Notes under the pieces: model-generated | The model's database searches: none | Told to the model about the DNA's origin: nothing | The model's input: only the letters and a program-made list of their open reading frames with translations | Translations under genes and position numbers: made by a program | Source: a virus | Lineage: Duplodnaviria > Caudoviricetes | Virus record (IMG/VR): IMGVR_UViG_3300021255_002539 | Coordinates: 64,001 to 128,000 of that record | Length of the DNA stretch: 64,000 bases | Direction: 5' to 3' (one strand) | Part shown: positions 10,701 to 21,187 of the stretch, piece after piece | Numbering within the stretch: position 1 is the first letter of the stretch | Layout of the letters: every line of letters begins with the position of its first letter

Positions 10701-10796
10701 TGTTCTGTTTCCTCCCATTTGTTGTGTAGATATTTACCATTTCCTCTTGCAAATGTATAATTGAATTAAAGACATTATACAAGGTTCTACAAACCC

Positions 10797-11726
10797 ATGA
10801 AGATGAAAAAAGTGCTTTTAATAGTGGATGGTTCATACATTGCGTTCGTCTGCAATTTCCGGGCGTTCAAGACCTGGCAGGAGCAATATGCTGGCATGGA
10901 CACCTGCATAATCCGCCCACCAGATGAGTCAGACCAAGACAACTTGCCCGACTTGGTGAACGAGAGCCAGTGGTTCAAGAAGTGCCTCCACAACGCTGCG
11001 GTTGACAAGCTCAACTCGATAGCGACAATCGTCGAAAACTCCACTGGCATGATGTACCCACAAAGCACATTCGTGGACACCATCATAGCGAAGGACAGCA
11101 AGTTGGTGAAGTCGTTCAGGTACTCGTTGTATCCAGAGTACAAGCTCACCAGAAAACTCAATCGGGCAAAGAGGGGGCAATACAAGATTGGACCAGTATT
11201 CGACGAACTCTACACAAATGTGTTCCCCTCAATCTTCGGCGACCATGCAGTTCAGTTGGTTGTTGATGGTGCAGAGGGAGACGATGTGATAGCGTCAATC
11301 GCCAGAAGCCAGCGTATAGCAGATGACTACGAGAAGATAATCTTGATATCGTCTGACAGGGACTTCGTTCAACTTCAGATAGACAGACCAGTATCCCAAT
11401 ACGACGCGAAGGGTGAATTGGTGCTTCCGAAGATGAAGCATGGGGCAGAAACCATCAACCTCACCCCTCAACAAGCCTTGATGATTAAGATAATATCAGG
11501 AGACAGTTCTGACAACATCAAGCCAATCAAGCCGAAGATCGGGGAAATCCGCGCATTCAGGTACATCACAGAGAAGACTGATGAGTTCAAGAAGATGCTG
11601 AGAGAGGAACCAGAGGTGGCGCAGCACCTGATACTCAACTCCAAGCTCATCGACTTCAAGAACATCCCAGAGGAACTGTCCAAAAAGATCGTCGACGAGT
11701 TCTACAGCATCAAGACCTGGAACTGA
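10797..11726 (+). CDS. rnh: T4 RNase H-like 5'-3' exonuclease / flap endonuclease
   Basis: LLIVDGS, FRYSLYPEYKLTR, AEGDDVIA, ISSDRDFVQL, GDSSDNIK motifs. Confidence 0.85.
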   Translation: MKMKKVLLIVDGSYIAFVCNFRAFKTWQEQYAGMDTCIIRPPDESDQDNLPDLVNESQWFKKCLHNAAVDKLNSIATIVENSTGMMYPQSTFVDTIIAKDSKLVKSFRYSLYPEYKLTRKLNRAKRGQYKIGPVFDELYTNVFPSIFGDHAVQLVVDGAEGDDVIASIARSQRIADDYEKIILISSDRDFVQLQIDRPVSQYDAKGELVLPKMKHGAETINLTPQQALMIKIISGDSSDNIKPIKPKIGEIRAFRYITEKTDEFKKMLREEPEVAQHLILNSKLIDFKNIPEELSKKIVDEFYSIKTWN

Positions 11727-11728
11727 TG

Positions 11729-12481
11729 TTATTTCCTCTGCACGACGAATCCATAGAACGCGGTATATGGGGGTATGTTGTTGTGCGTCACTGTCTGTTC
11801 GCCGGTCTCCACAACTTCGAATTCGTCCACTGTTCCATCCAACTCGTTCTTGTCCAGTCCTGCGTCAAGCGAGTCTGAATGGAACATGTCATATGTGTAG
11901 TTCCCCTTCTTGGCGTAGGATTTCCCAGTACCATTGCCCAGGGAGAGGAAGTCAGAACCTGTCGTTATAGCACTGTGGTGCATGTGGGTTGGCATGTTAT
12001 CCTGTGTGAGATTCACTGTCGTGTTGTTGGGGGAAAGCACCGTCAACGGGTCTTCTTCCTATATAAGCAACACCCCCCGAAGCATGCAATTTGGAATTGG
12101 GGTCAATTGGAATTCAGACGAAACATCCCAATGTTCCAAGGCATAGTCCATTGGGGAGACACCCTTGGGGACGCCAGTTGCATTCAACAGTATCACCTGT
12201 CCCTCCACTGCCCTGAACTTGGGTTTTGCGCCAGATGTGCTGGGTATGTCCAAGTCCTCGTACATGTCACCCAATCGCATCTTGGTTGTATTGAACTCAG
12301 ATACAGTCAAGTACTGGTCCATGTCCAGATATCTACTGAACAATGCGTCCTGAGCCATTTCTGCCAATGTGGTGTATGGCAGTTGCTTGGAGTCCATCTG
12401 AGTCTGAATCTCGTCAGAATCGGAAACCAAGAGGCATCTGTTTTTCAAGTCAATTGTGTCGTTTGTCGTCGTCGTTGCCAT
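11729..12481 (-). CDS. Baseplate/tail-fibre collar-like protein (TAG=Gln at 12059)
   Basis: Two same-frame ORFs joined by TAG; VNLTQDNMPTHMH and HNNIPPY motifs of tail collar/short fibre proteins; GTAAATA at 12490-12496. Confidence 0.6.
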
Positions 12482-12613
12482 TGTGAAGGTATTTACACTT
12501 TTTGTAGGAAATATTGTAAATAGACATGTTGAAACGCCCGAGTGGATTCGACGCGAAAAAGTGTAAATAATAGCAACCAAATGGGTTTCTCCATCAAATG
12601 AGGTAAAAGAGAT

Positions 12614-13303
12614 ATGGCAAACTACAATCTAGTTCAAGCAATTGACTTGTTCAACCAGGATCAGGTCCGTACACAGCATATGTACGAGATCGACTTCTTC
12701 TCCGGGTTTCCGAAGATTGACGCGACGTTGACGAGAATGCAGGTGTATGGTCAGAACTTCACGCTCCCCGAGAGGACAGTGAACTTCGACAATGTTCAAT
12801 ACAGGGCTTACAATGTCCCTGTCCCAACCACATTGGAAATGACTCAAGATCACAGCATCACCGTCTATGCCGATGTGCGTGGCGACTTGAGAAGGGCGAT
12901 GCTTGACTGGCAGGCAGCATGCATTGACCCAGACATCAGTGGTGGTTCATACTTCGAGTCCAACAGGCGTCCAACGAAGCTTGGTCCAGGGGAGGGCGCG
13001 ACGCCCCAAATCACCGTGAAGCTTCTGGCTCCTGACTTCCAGACATGCATCGAGAAGACTGTGATATATGGAACGAGGGTGACGAAGGTTGGTGGTCTTG
13101 AACTCTCCAATACTGCTGGAAGCATCTCGACCTTCACTGTTGACTTCAAGTCTGTGTATTGGGAGCAGTTGCCAGGCGAAGGCACCACGGTTGGCATATA
13201 CAACAGGGACAACGCAAGGCACACCATCATGGGTCAGACCTACGCAGATGGCGACTTCAACAGGGCAACCGAGGATCCAATGGCGTCCGAGAACCACGTG
13301 TGA
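12614..13303 (+). CDS. Tail tube protein (T4 gp19-like)
   Basis: RTQHMYEIDF, FTLPERTV, SITVYAD..LRRAMLDW, ISTFTVDFKSVYW; GTAAATA at 12516 and 12563. Confidence 0.7.
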   Translation: MANYNLVQAIDLFNQDQVRTQHMYEIDFFSGFPKIDATLTRMQVYGQNFTLPERTVNFDNVQYRAYNVPVPTTLEMTQDHSITVYADVRGDLRRAMLDWQAACIDPDISGGSYFESNRRPTKLGPGEGATPQITVKLLAPDFQTCIEKTVIYGTRVTKVGGLELSNTAGSISTFTVDFKSVYWEQLPGEGTTVGIYNRDNARHTIMGQTYADGDFNRATEDPMASENHV

Positions 13304-13424
13304 TGATGGATGCCGCATGATTGGCGACGCCACCTTGATGGCTGCGGCGTAAAAACAACAACCGAGGGGTGGAGAAGTACAAGAATCTCCGCCCCTTAAC
13401 ATTATGGGATGAAAGAGAAGTCAA

Positions 13425-15185
13425 ATGCGAGGAGACCCAACATATACGCAATACGACATGTCCGAGAGGGGGGAGGAGAAGAAGTACCCAAATTGGAAGG
13501 ATGCTGCCCCAAATCTGCAGACATTCCTCACTGCCCTCAACCAATCTCAACCAATAATCCAATGCCAATACGAATTGGTGTGGAGCAGATGGCCGAGGAC
13601 AATCTTCTTCGCAAAGAACATCACGATTCCTGGCGTATCTGTGAACACGCTTGACATCTCCCATGCTGGATTCACCATCAAGATACCAACTCACGTCACA
13701 TACGAAACCACAGAGGTCTCGATAAACATAATCGCTGACAAGGAGGGCTTCCACTACTACGACCTCAGGAACATGGTTCTGCAGACTGGACATCCATTGG
13801 TTGCTGGCGATCCAAGGGCCACAATTGGAAACCCATACGGACTGTCACCTGACGAGGACACATTGGAGGTCAGATTGCGCAACAGACCCGAGGACGAGAC
13901 CCACCACCACTGGATTCTGCACAACTTCCACCCAACTGGGATAGGAGACCTTGAACTGACCCAAGATGGTGGTGGATTCGTGGAGTTCGAGTTGAAGGGG
14001 ACGATAACCCATGTCACATACGATTGTGGAAACAGCAACGGAGAAATGCCACAACAAGAGCAGCAACAGCAAGAAAGCCAACAGGAAGGTTCGAGCAACA
14101 ACCCAATCGTGCAACTGGCGTAGTCCCCAACACTTGGCGTGTATGTATACAACACTGAAACCCACGAGGGCAAGTGGGAGCGAACAGGGCAGCCCGTTGA
14201 TGTGTCTAGCGTGGTTCTGCCACCTGGAACATCCCAATATGGCGACAATCCAGATCTGAACTACGACGGTTCATCCACGCAAAAGTGGAATCCACAGGAT
14301 TGGGATGGCGACCCAAACACCCAATACATCGTCAAAAGCGAAACCCTTACTGCTGCGAAGAAGGATGTTCAGGTTGATGGCAAGACGATGACAATGGTGA
14401 AGATTCAGGGGAACTTGACTCCAGAACAAACAGAAATACTGAAACAGGGTGGAACACAGGCATTGATCAACCAACTTGAGATGGAGAACAAGGAACAAGC
14501 AAACATCGACCAATATGCCGAGGATTTGCAGGAAATCAGCGACCAATCCAGAAACAGCAACTAGTCTGAGCAACAACCCCCAGAAGAAGACGACCAAAAC
14601 ACATCTGGATTTAAGATATAGGCGACGAAAAGCGCAGATGGCACATACACGATTGAAAAGGCAACCATGTTCAACTCGTCGAAGGTGTTGACGCAAGACG
14701 ACATGGTTGTGCAAACGCAGATACTCACATCACTGAGAAACGACTACGAAAAGTCCAAGGGAGGGAAGAACACTGTGATGCAGGCGCATCTAAAACGGCA
14801 AGTCGAACTGCAGGAGAAGAAGATGAAAGTGATGCAACAGTGGATTGACGAGCGAAATGCAGAACAACCCCAGACCAGAGGTGGTTCCCTTCCTGTTGGA
14901 TAGATGTCCCAAAGCCAATTGGAGCAGCTGAAGTACCTTTTCGAGGCGGTTCAATACAACTACGACCTGCCAGACAACTTCATAGTCGTAGTCAATCCAC
15001 TAGAGGAAATTGAAATATACAACCAGAGATTGACCAAGATGAGCCTCCCAGGGAGATTTGGAATGTACAAGTCCACAAAGAAGGATGCTGAGGAAAAACT
15101 GGACATAGACCCAGAAGACCCACCCTTCAACCCAAATCCAAGAAAAGTGGATCCCAACCACAAGGTCAGGGATATATTCGGGTGA
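13425..15185 (+). CDS. 586-aa tail-tube-like (gp19/gp54) protein with Gln-rich C-terminal extension (TAG=Gln at 14121, 14562, 14619, 14901)
   Basis: Four same-frame track ORFs joined only by TAG; FAKNITIPGVSV, NFHPTGIGDLEL, FVEFEL motifs. Confidence 0.6.
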
Positions 15186-15304
15186 TTCAGATTCGGAATT
15201 TCGTATAATTGAGGCATAGGTAAGTGTAAAGGGTGGTATTTACCATAACTTCAAGTAAAAGGATACATGGTGATGCTCCCAACCAACAAAGGAAACAAAA
15301 CACC

Positions 15305-15961
15305 ATGCCAAGAAGAAAAACCGAATCACTGGAGGAATTCCAGAAGAAGAACCTAGAGAAGTCCAAGATAAGATAGAGGTAGAGGGCGGAGCAGGAGAAG
15401 ACCAACCCGAAGCCAAAGCGCAAGCCATTCGTCAACAACGCAGAACTTCTGGACGAATTGAAGAAGTGGCGGGACTCCAACGAGGACGAGACAAAGAGGG
15501 TTCCATCAGAAAGGTTGGGGAAGATGATGCAGGACATAGCCACGCACTACATGGGACACCCAGACTATGTTCGATACCCCAAGGAAATCAAGGAGGACAT
15601 CATTTCAATGTCCTACGAGAGGATATTCAAGACTGCGATATTCAAGTACAACTTCAACTTCACGAACCCATTCGCGTACTTCACTCAGGTTTGTTGGAGC
15701 TGTGCGATGACCTACCTCAAGAAGCACTACGACTTTTTGAACTTCAAGAGGAAGCTGGTGAAGGAGAATCTGGAGAAGGCGATGGACGAACTCCCATCCA
15801 TCAACATAGACAAGTCCTACATGACCTTCCTGAAGAACATGATTGGCGCAGATCAGATAACTGAGGCAGACGCCAAGTTCCTGAAACGGCAGAAGGACTC
15901 CATCATCCAGGAGATTCTGACAGAGAAAGCCAACAACGAAGACGACGACAACATCAACTGA
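15305..15961 (+). CDS. gp55: Late-transcription sigma factor (T4 gp55-like; TAG=Gln at 15374, 15380)
   Basis: PFVNNAELL...LGKMM..IATH...KEDIIS...FTNPFAYFTQVCW motifs; the ATG with AAGGA RBS at 15305 needs two TAG read-throughs. Confidence 0.8.
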
Positions 15962-15963
15962 CA

Positions 15964-16719
15964 ATGGCGGAGCAAATCAACAAGAGCAAACTGGACGAAC
16001 TGCTAGGAATCCACGAGGGACAAAGCTTCGACGACTACATGAACGAGTCCATTGGGGAGACCCCTCAGAAGGACGAAGCCCAACAGGTCATAGACCAGAC
16101 GACGAAGATGCTTGAGGAGGCGAAGAACAAGGTTGGTGAGCTGGATTGCCAGTTCCAACACAACTTGAAGGTGGCAGACGACAATACCAACCAACTGCAA
16201 CAATCCTTGATGGACAGCCAAGGGTCGGCCAGCGCCAGAATAGACAACATGGTGAATGTGGAGAGCGCGTTCAAGTCAATCGAGGATCTGGTCGACACCA
16301 CCAAGCAGATGATTGGAACAGTCTACTCCATCATATCGAGTTGCGATGTGTTGGACTCTGAGACTGTCTCTGCGGCAGCCTCCCTCATCACCTCCACCAA
16401 GCAACTCATAGCTGAGTACCTTGGGTTGTACAAGCAAAGGGTCAAGTTCTTCGACAATGTGAAGTTGGAGATGATGAAGCAGGAGCACCGTCTTGAACTA
16501 CTGCGCGAGAAGTACAGGTTGGACGAGGAAAAGCAGAACAGGTTGATGTCAAAGCCAGCCGAGGCGCAAGAGGTCACTGGTCCAGGTGGAAATGTCCCAC
16601 CAGGAATGGTTGAGGCAGGTTCAATAGACATGCTCAAGCTCCTAGAGGAAATTGACGACAAGGACGAAGAATCAGAAGAAGGAGAAGACACTTTACAATC
16701 TGACTCAGAGGGCGTATAA
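15964..16719 (+). CDS. Helical protein, possible small terminase subunit (gp16-like)
   Basis: Helical-hairpin core and C-terminal AGSIDMLKLL reminiscent of gp16 GSTxxLxxL; weak resemblance only. Confidence 0.35.
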   Translation: MAEQINKSKLDELLGIHEGQSFDDYMNESIGETPQKDEAQQVIDQTTKMLEEAKNKVGELDCQFQHNLKVADDNTNQLQQSLMDSQGSASARIDNMVNVESAFKSIEDLVDTTKQMIGTVYSIISSCDVLDSETVSAAASLITSTKQLIAEYLGLYKQRVKFFDNVKLEMMKQEHRLELLREKYRLDEEKQNRLMSKPAEAQEVTGPGGNVPPGMVEAGSIDMLKLLEEIDDKDEESEEGEDTLQSDSEGV

Positions 16720-16758
16720 TTCAACCAGAAGGCAACAAAAACCAAAAGGAAAACAAAC

Positions 16759-17274
16759 ATGAACTATAGAATCTACACAGGCACCGAACGTGATTTGCTT
16801 GACTTGCTGGACGAGTTCTTCACGGCAAAGTCCAACGATGAAAACCTCAATTGGTTCAACGGCAGACCATATGAGGTGCACTGTCAGGAATACCAGGCAC
16901 CAACAATCGAGTTCAAGGACATCCTGGACGATGTGAAGCAGGTCATCTACAACGAGCCAGCCACCATCGTGGTATTCTCGGATGGGTCGAAGGTCTGCGT
17001 CAAGTGCTGCGAGAAGGACAAGTTCTCCAAGGAGGCTGGTCTAATCTACGCCATCGTCAAGCGGCTCTACTCGAACGACATCGAGAAGAAGTCTGGCTAC
17101 ATGAAGTCCACTGGGCTGGGCGAGAAGCTGAACAAGCTAATCAATGGCGCACTTGACCAGAAGGAACAGGAGCGCGAGAGGCGCAGGAAGCAGAAGGAGA
17201 AGCAGGCCAAGAAGGAGAAGGAAAAGGCAGAACAGGCAAACGAGGAGTGCCCACCAAAACAGAGTGGTGATTGA
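16759..17274 (+). CDS. Conserved phage hypothetical protein
   Basis: VIYNEPATIVVFSDGSKVCVKC..DKFSKEAGL motif common in phages; AAGGA RBS. Confidence 0.65.
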   Translation: MNYRIYTGTERDLLDLLDEFFTAKSNDENLNWFNGRPYEVHCQEYQAPTIEFKDILDDVKQVIYNEPATIVVFSDGSKVCVKCCEKDKFSKEAGLIYAIVKRLYSNDIEKKSGYMKSTGLGEKLNKLINGALDQKEQERERRRKQKEKQAKKEKEKAEQANEECPPKQSGD

Positions 17275-17293
17275 ACTACTCAGATGTGAGGAC

Positions 17294-17326
17294 AAAAAGA
17301 AACCGAGGGAACAATCCCTCGGTTTT
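17294..17326. terminator. Bidirectional rho-independent terminator
   Basis: AAACCGAGGGA-acaa-TCCCTCGGTTT stem between convergent genes. Confidence 0.75.
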
Positions 17327-17350
17327 GCATTGCCATTATTATTATTGTTG

Positions 17351-18850
17351 TTATTGCTATCCAACAAATGGCATTTCATATACCTGTATCTTGTACTCGG
17401 TTGGTGTGAACCCAGAGGTTTCTGGATACCACTCTATGATTTCGTGTGTTCCACTGCTGTCAAGTTCATGTGTTCTCTTCGCCAATGTACACACATAGTC
17501 CCATGTTCTATCCGTTACATAGGAATATCTTGTACTATCGACAATATCGTTTTCAATGGGTTTGTCCAAAGATGTTGGTGCATATTTCCATGCTGGTGGC
17601 GTGTCATCTGTCTTGCGGTCGCTTAAATCAATGTCACATGCCACGAAAGGCGAATCATAGGACCAGGTTTTTGGTGATTCCAATCTGCTTTGGAACTTCA
17701 CGAAGTGGAATGCGAATACTATCTTTGTTCCCTGTTTTACTGGTAAATTGAATGCAGACTCTGGTTCTGGTCCCTTGAACATCTCCAGATGACGGAACAA
17801 CCTGTATCCAAGGATATTTGTCCCATCATATGTGAATATGGAGAATCCATCGCCATAGTGGTCAGACAAATCTTGCCCCTTTACATATAGAAAGCAATTT
17901 GTTCGTGCTGTATATGTCAAAAACCCACTTTCCTTGGCAAAACCCCTTGAATCGCATATGGATTTACCCTCTGTGTCTGTGTGGTTTTCACCCAGTTCAT
18001 ATTCTGTGCTGGCTGTGTATATGTGCCCTATTCCTCCATTCCACACTGGCGTTGTCAAGTCTATTGTCTTGTCGGAATCCATCACTATCCCAGGAACACT
18101 GTCCACCTGAACGCCGTTTTGTCTGATGGTCAATTCGTGGGAGGGAAGATTGATTGTCTTGTCGCCACCCATCATCCCATTTGCACTGCCAATCGTCTGT
18201 GTGTTACCTTTTGTTATGGTCAAGGTTCCGGCTGGGAGTCTTAAAGTCTGATCATTGCTCATTACAATGCCGTTGGCAGTTACAGCAATCGTCGCCTCTG
18301 AATCGCCATATGATATCGTCAAGTTTTTCTTCGGTAGCGTGATGGATGTTGTTTCAGACGGGTATTGTCTCATTGTATTGAAACTCAAGGTCTGATTCTC
18401 GATTGCCAAGGTGATGTCCCGTCCAAAGCCACCAAATGTTGTTGGTCCACCGGGAGTCAAGTTTCCATTTGCTATCTAAGAACCATTGTTGTCCTTGAAC
18501 ACCAAGGTATATGTTGGGGATGTTGTATGCGAGGCAACCTTTTCAATCAACTCCAAGATGGCGCGCAGGTCATATGTTATGTTGTTGTGCTGGTTGTTGT
18601 TGAAGTAGCTTATTACGGTCTCGCTTCCAGACAATGCGTCTTGTATGTTTGGCAATCCCATGTTTGTGCTTGGATTGTCGCTTCCTGCCAGAATGTTCCA
18701 TGTAGCCCCAGAACCACTGTATCCATATGCCGAGCAAACTGTCTTTTGGCAATGTCTGTGGAACTTGACTGGATCTTCCCCCGCTCTGGTTGTTTGGTGG
18801 AATGTCGTTGGCATGTCGTCGCCACTTGAATTTGGTATTGTTGTGTTCAT
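17351..18850 (-). CDS. Tail-fibre/adhesin-like protein (TAG=Gln at 18476, 17357)
   Basis: Joined frame aligns continuously with paralogue 18882-19871 across TAG 18476; internal D(Q/K)TI(N/D)LP repeats. Confidence 0.6.
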
Positions 18851-18881
18851 TGGCTGTTTACCTCTAATTATTCACAATTTG

Positions 18882-19871
18882 TCAGCGGGTTCTTTTCCAC
18901 ATGGTGACGCCAAAAGATGGTGGTCTCAATGTAGAACCGACAGTAACATTGGAAACAGAAGAATCCAGTATTGTCGTTCTGGTTGTTCCTGTTGTATATC
19001 TCCCAACATATACCCATCCCGTTTGTTTATCGGTCAAATCGTTTTCATGTCCATAATATTCTGGCGCTTTGTCGTGTTGGTGTGTGTGTTGTGGGAATAT
19101 GCCATCCAGATTCTTATTCAACTCACTGGCATCAGTGGTATTCCACAAAGTCCTGCCAGTTCCAATTTGGGTCCAAGTTGAAGACACCCCATCAATACCC
19201 TGGAATGGTATCCTGTTATCGACACTTATGTATATCGAACCAACTGGCCAGAGTTGGTTGAACATGTTTTGCGTCAATTTCACTTCTGGGGTTGGTGGTG
19301 TTGGAATGTTGAATTCAGTCAATTCCCTTCTCTCGTTGATTCCAATTGGTCCCTCGTAGCCTTGGCGGATTCCGTTCTTCACTTTGATCGTGTTGGTATT
19401 CCCAGACTTGTCGATCTGCACAATATCTCCAGCAGCCAAAGTGGGTACTGGAATGGTTATGCTCGTACTTTCAGATTGACCCTGAATCATGGTGTTGAAA
19501 CTGAGGTTCTGACCGTTCACTTTCAAGGTGATGTCCCTGCCAAAGCCGTCAAATGTTGCTGTTCCATTGGGGGACAAGCTTCCACTGGTTATGGTGGAAT
19601 TCCTGTTGTTCTTGAATTCCAAGGTATAGGTTGGAGTGGCTGTTTTACCTGCAACACTGTTAATCAACCTCAATATCGAAGCCAAGTCTTGCGTAATGTT
19701 TTTGGTATTGCTGGTGAAGTAGTTTTTCCAATTGCTGTCCAGGTTCGTCAAAGTCAGTTCGTCTATGACATTCCATGTGGCTCCATGACCAGTTGGGCCA
19801 TATGCAGACAATACTGTTGCTTGGCAATGCCTGTGGAAAAGCAAATCCTCGTTGTTGTTTTCGTCGCTCAT
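18882..19871 (-). CDS. Tail-fibre/baseplate protein with gp10-like C-terminal domain
   Basis: LWPVGSIYIS...WTQIGTGRTLW...PQHTH...LRPPSFGVTMWKRT motif; GTAAATA at 19904-19910. Confidence 0.7.
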   Translation of the reverse strand: MSDENNNEDLLFHRHCQATVLSAYGPTGHGATWNVIDELTLTNLDSNWKNYFTSNTKNITQDLASILRLINSVAGKTATPTYTLEFKNNRNSTITSGSLSPNGTATFDGFGRDITLKVNGQNLSFNTMIQGQSESTSITIPVPTLAAGDIVQIDKSGNTNTIKVKNGIRQGYEGPIGINERRELTEFNIPTPPTPEVKLTQNMFNQLWPVGSIYISVDNRIPFQGIDGVSSTWTQIGTGRTLWNTTDASELNKNLDGIFPQHTHQHDKAPEYYGHENDLTDKQTGWVYVGRYTTGTTRTTILDSSVSNVTVGSTLRPPSFGVTMWKRTR

Positions 19872-19975
19872 TGTATTTCGCCTCTAAATTCCATTACATT
19901 CCCTATTTACCATTTCATCGTTTTGTTGTATAATATATTGGACATCCACAAAGGAAGGAAGGAGAAAGAAACAAC

Positions 19976-20485
19976 ATGACTGACAAACTGGACAAATTGG
20001 AGGCGCAACTTGACGCCATTATGGGTACCCTTGAGGGATTCAAGGACGAAATCAAGGAACTTCGATCTGGTGGCAAGATCGAGACTGTAGAGGTCGATGG
20101 CGACCCCAAATTCGCGTCCCTGGAGCCAGTTGAGAGGTCCAAGATCAAGGACATCCTCAAGAACTTCGACTTCGAGAGGGTACATTCCATCATGAAGATG
20201 CTTGACTGGAAATGGGCCACTGTGAAGACCGACAATGGCATTCCAAGCGTTGACGAACTCAAGGCAGAGGCGAAAAGGCTTTTGATCGCGGCAGCGACCG
20301 AACAGACCCAGGTAGCAACAGGTGGGTTCAGGGCAGTGTACGAAGCTGATGGGGAATGCGACGGCGACCCCTACATTGGACTGGAGTTCATCGCGGTCGA
20401 GTGCGAGGGGTTCGTTGACGACGATGAAGATGAAGACGAAGACGAAGACCCAGCACCATGGACAAGTGGTGGAGCGGTAGAATAA
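19976..20485 (+). CDS. Conserved phage hypothetical protein with acidic tail
   Basis: NFDFERVHSIMKMLDWKW...PSVDELK motif; AGGAG RBS; TATAAT upstream. Confidence 0.65.
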   Translation: MTDKLDKLEAQLDAIMGTLEGFKDEIKELRSGGKIETVEVDGDPKFASLEPVERSKIKDILKNFDFERVHSIMKMLDWKWATVKTDNGIPSVDELKAEAKRLLIAAATEQTQVATGGFRAVYEADGECDGDPYIGLEFIAVECEGFVDDDEDEDEDEDPAPWTSGGAVE

Positions 20486-20508
20486 CCTACCATGCATTTG
20501 GTTCAATT

Positions 20509-20534
20509 TGGACACCCCTTTTGGTGTCCTTTTC
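20509..20534 (+). terminator. Rho-independent terminator
   Basis: GGACACC-cctttt-GGTGTCC followed by TTTT. Confidence 0.6.
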
Positions 20535-20580
20535 GTATAATTAAGTCATAGAAACAATCATCAAACGGAGAAACAAAAAC

Positions 20581-21111
20581 ATGAAGAAACTCATTATCAC
20601 GATGCTTGCTGCCGTTGGAATTATGTTCAATGGTTGCACACCCGACGAGAATACTCTTGTCGCTGCCGCCAACAGTGCAGGAACAATTGGAATGCTGACT
20701 TGGTTCAGCATCGACGACCCAGATCCAGAGGTAAAGGCGACTCTCAAGGAAGTCATTACCTATGTGGATGGTGCGTCGGTGAAGGTTGCTGAGGGAGAAA
20801 CCTACCTCAATAGCCTCCTTCCCTACATCCAGAAGTTCGTTGGCGAGCAGGAAAAGCTCACTGACTATCAGAAGCAGCTCATCAACGCCGGTTCGGTGGT
20901 CGTGCTCAATGGCATAGACACCTTCATGGCAGCAAATCCAAAGGTAAAGGCAAACGCCGAACTTGTGAACAAAGTTGTTGGCGCGTTCTGCAAGGGATGC
21001 CTTACCGTGCTCAACATGCCAGAGGATTGCCCTGAGTGCAGGCGGGCCAAGGAAGTCTACCAGAAGCGCAGCATGAAGTGCAGGGGTGGCAAGTTCGTCA
21101 CTGAGAAGTGA
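20581..21111 (+). CDS. Lipoprotein
   Basis: Signal peptide MKKLIITMLAAVGIMFNG-C with lipobox; Cys-rich C-terminus. Confidence 0.7.
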   Translation: MKKLIITMLAAVGIMFNGCTPDENTLVAAANSAGTIGMLTWFSIDDPDPEVKATLKEVITYVDGASVKVAEGETYLNSLLPYIQKFVGEQEKLTDYQKQLINAGSVVVLNGIDTFMAANPKVKANAELVNKVVGAFCKGCLTVLNMPEDCPECRRAKEVYQKRSMKCRGGKFVTEK

Positions 21112-21187
21112 TTAGTGACGAAACTGGAAATTCAAGTCCAGTTCCATACGATTGGGAGGGAAGTCAATCTTTCCTCCCAATCTTGTT

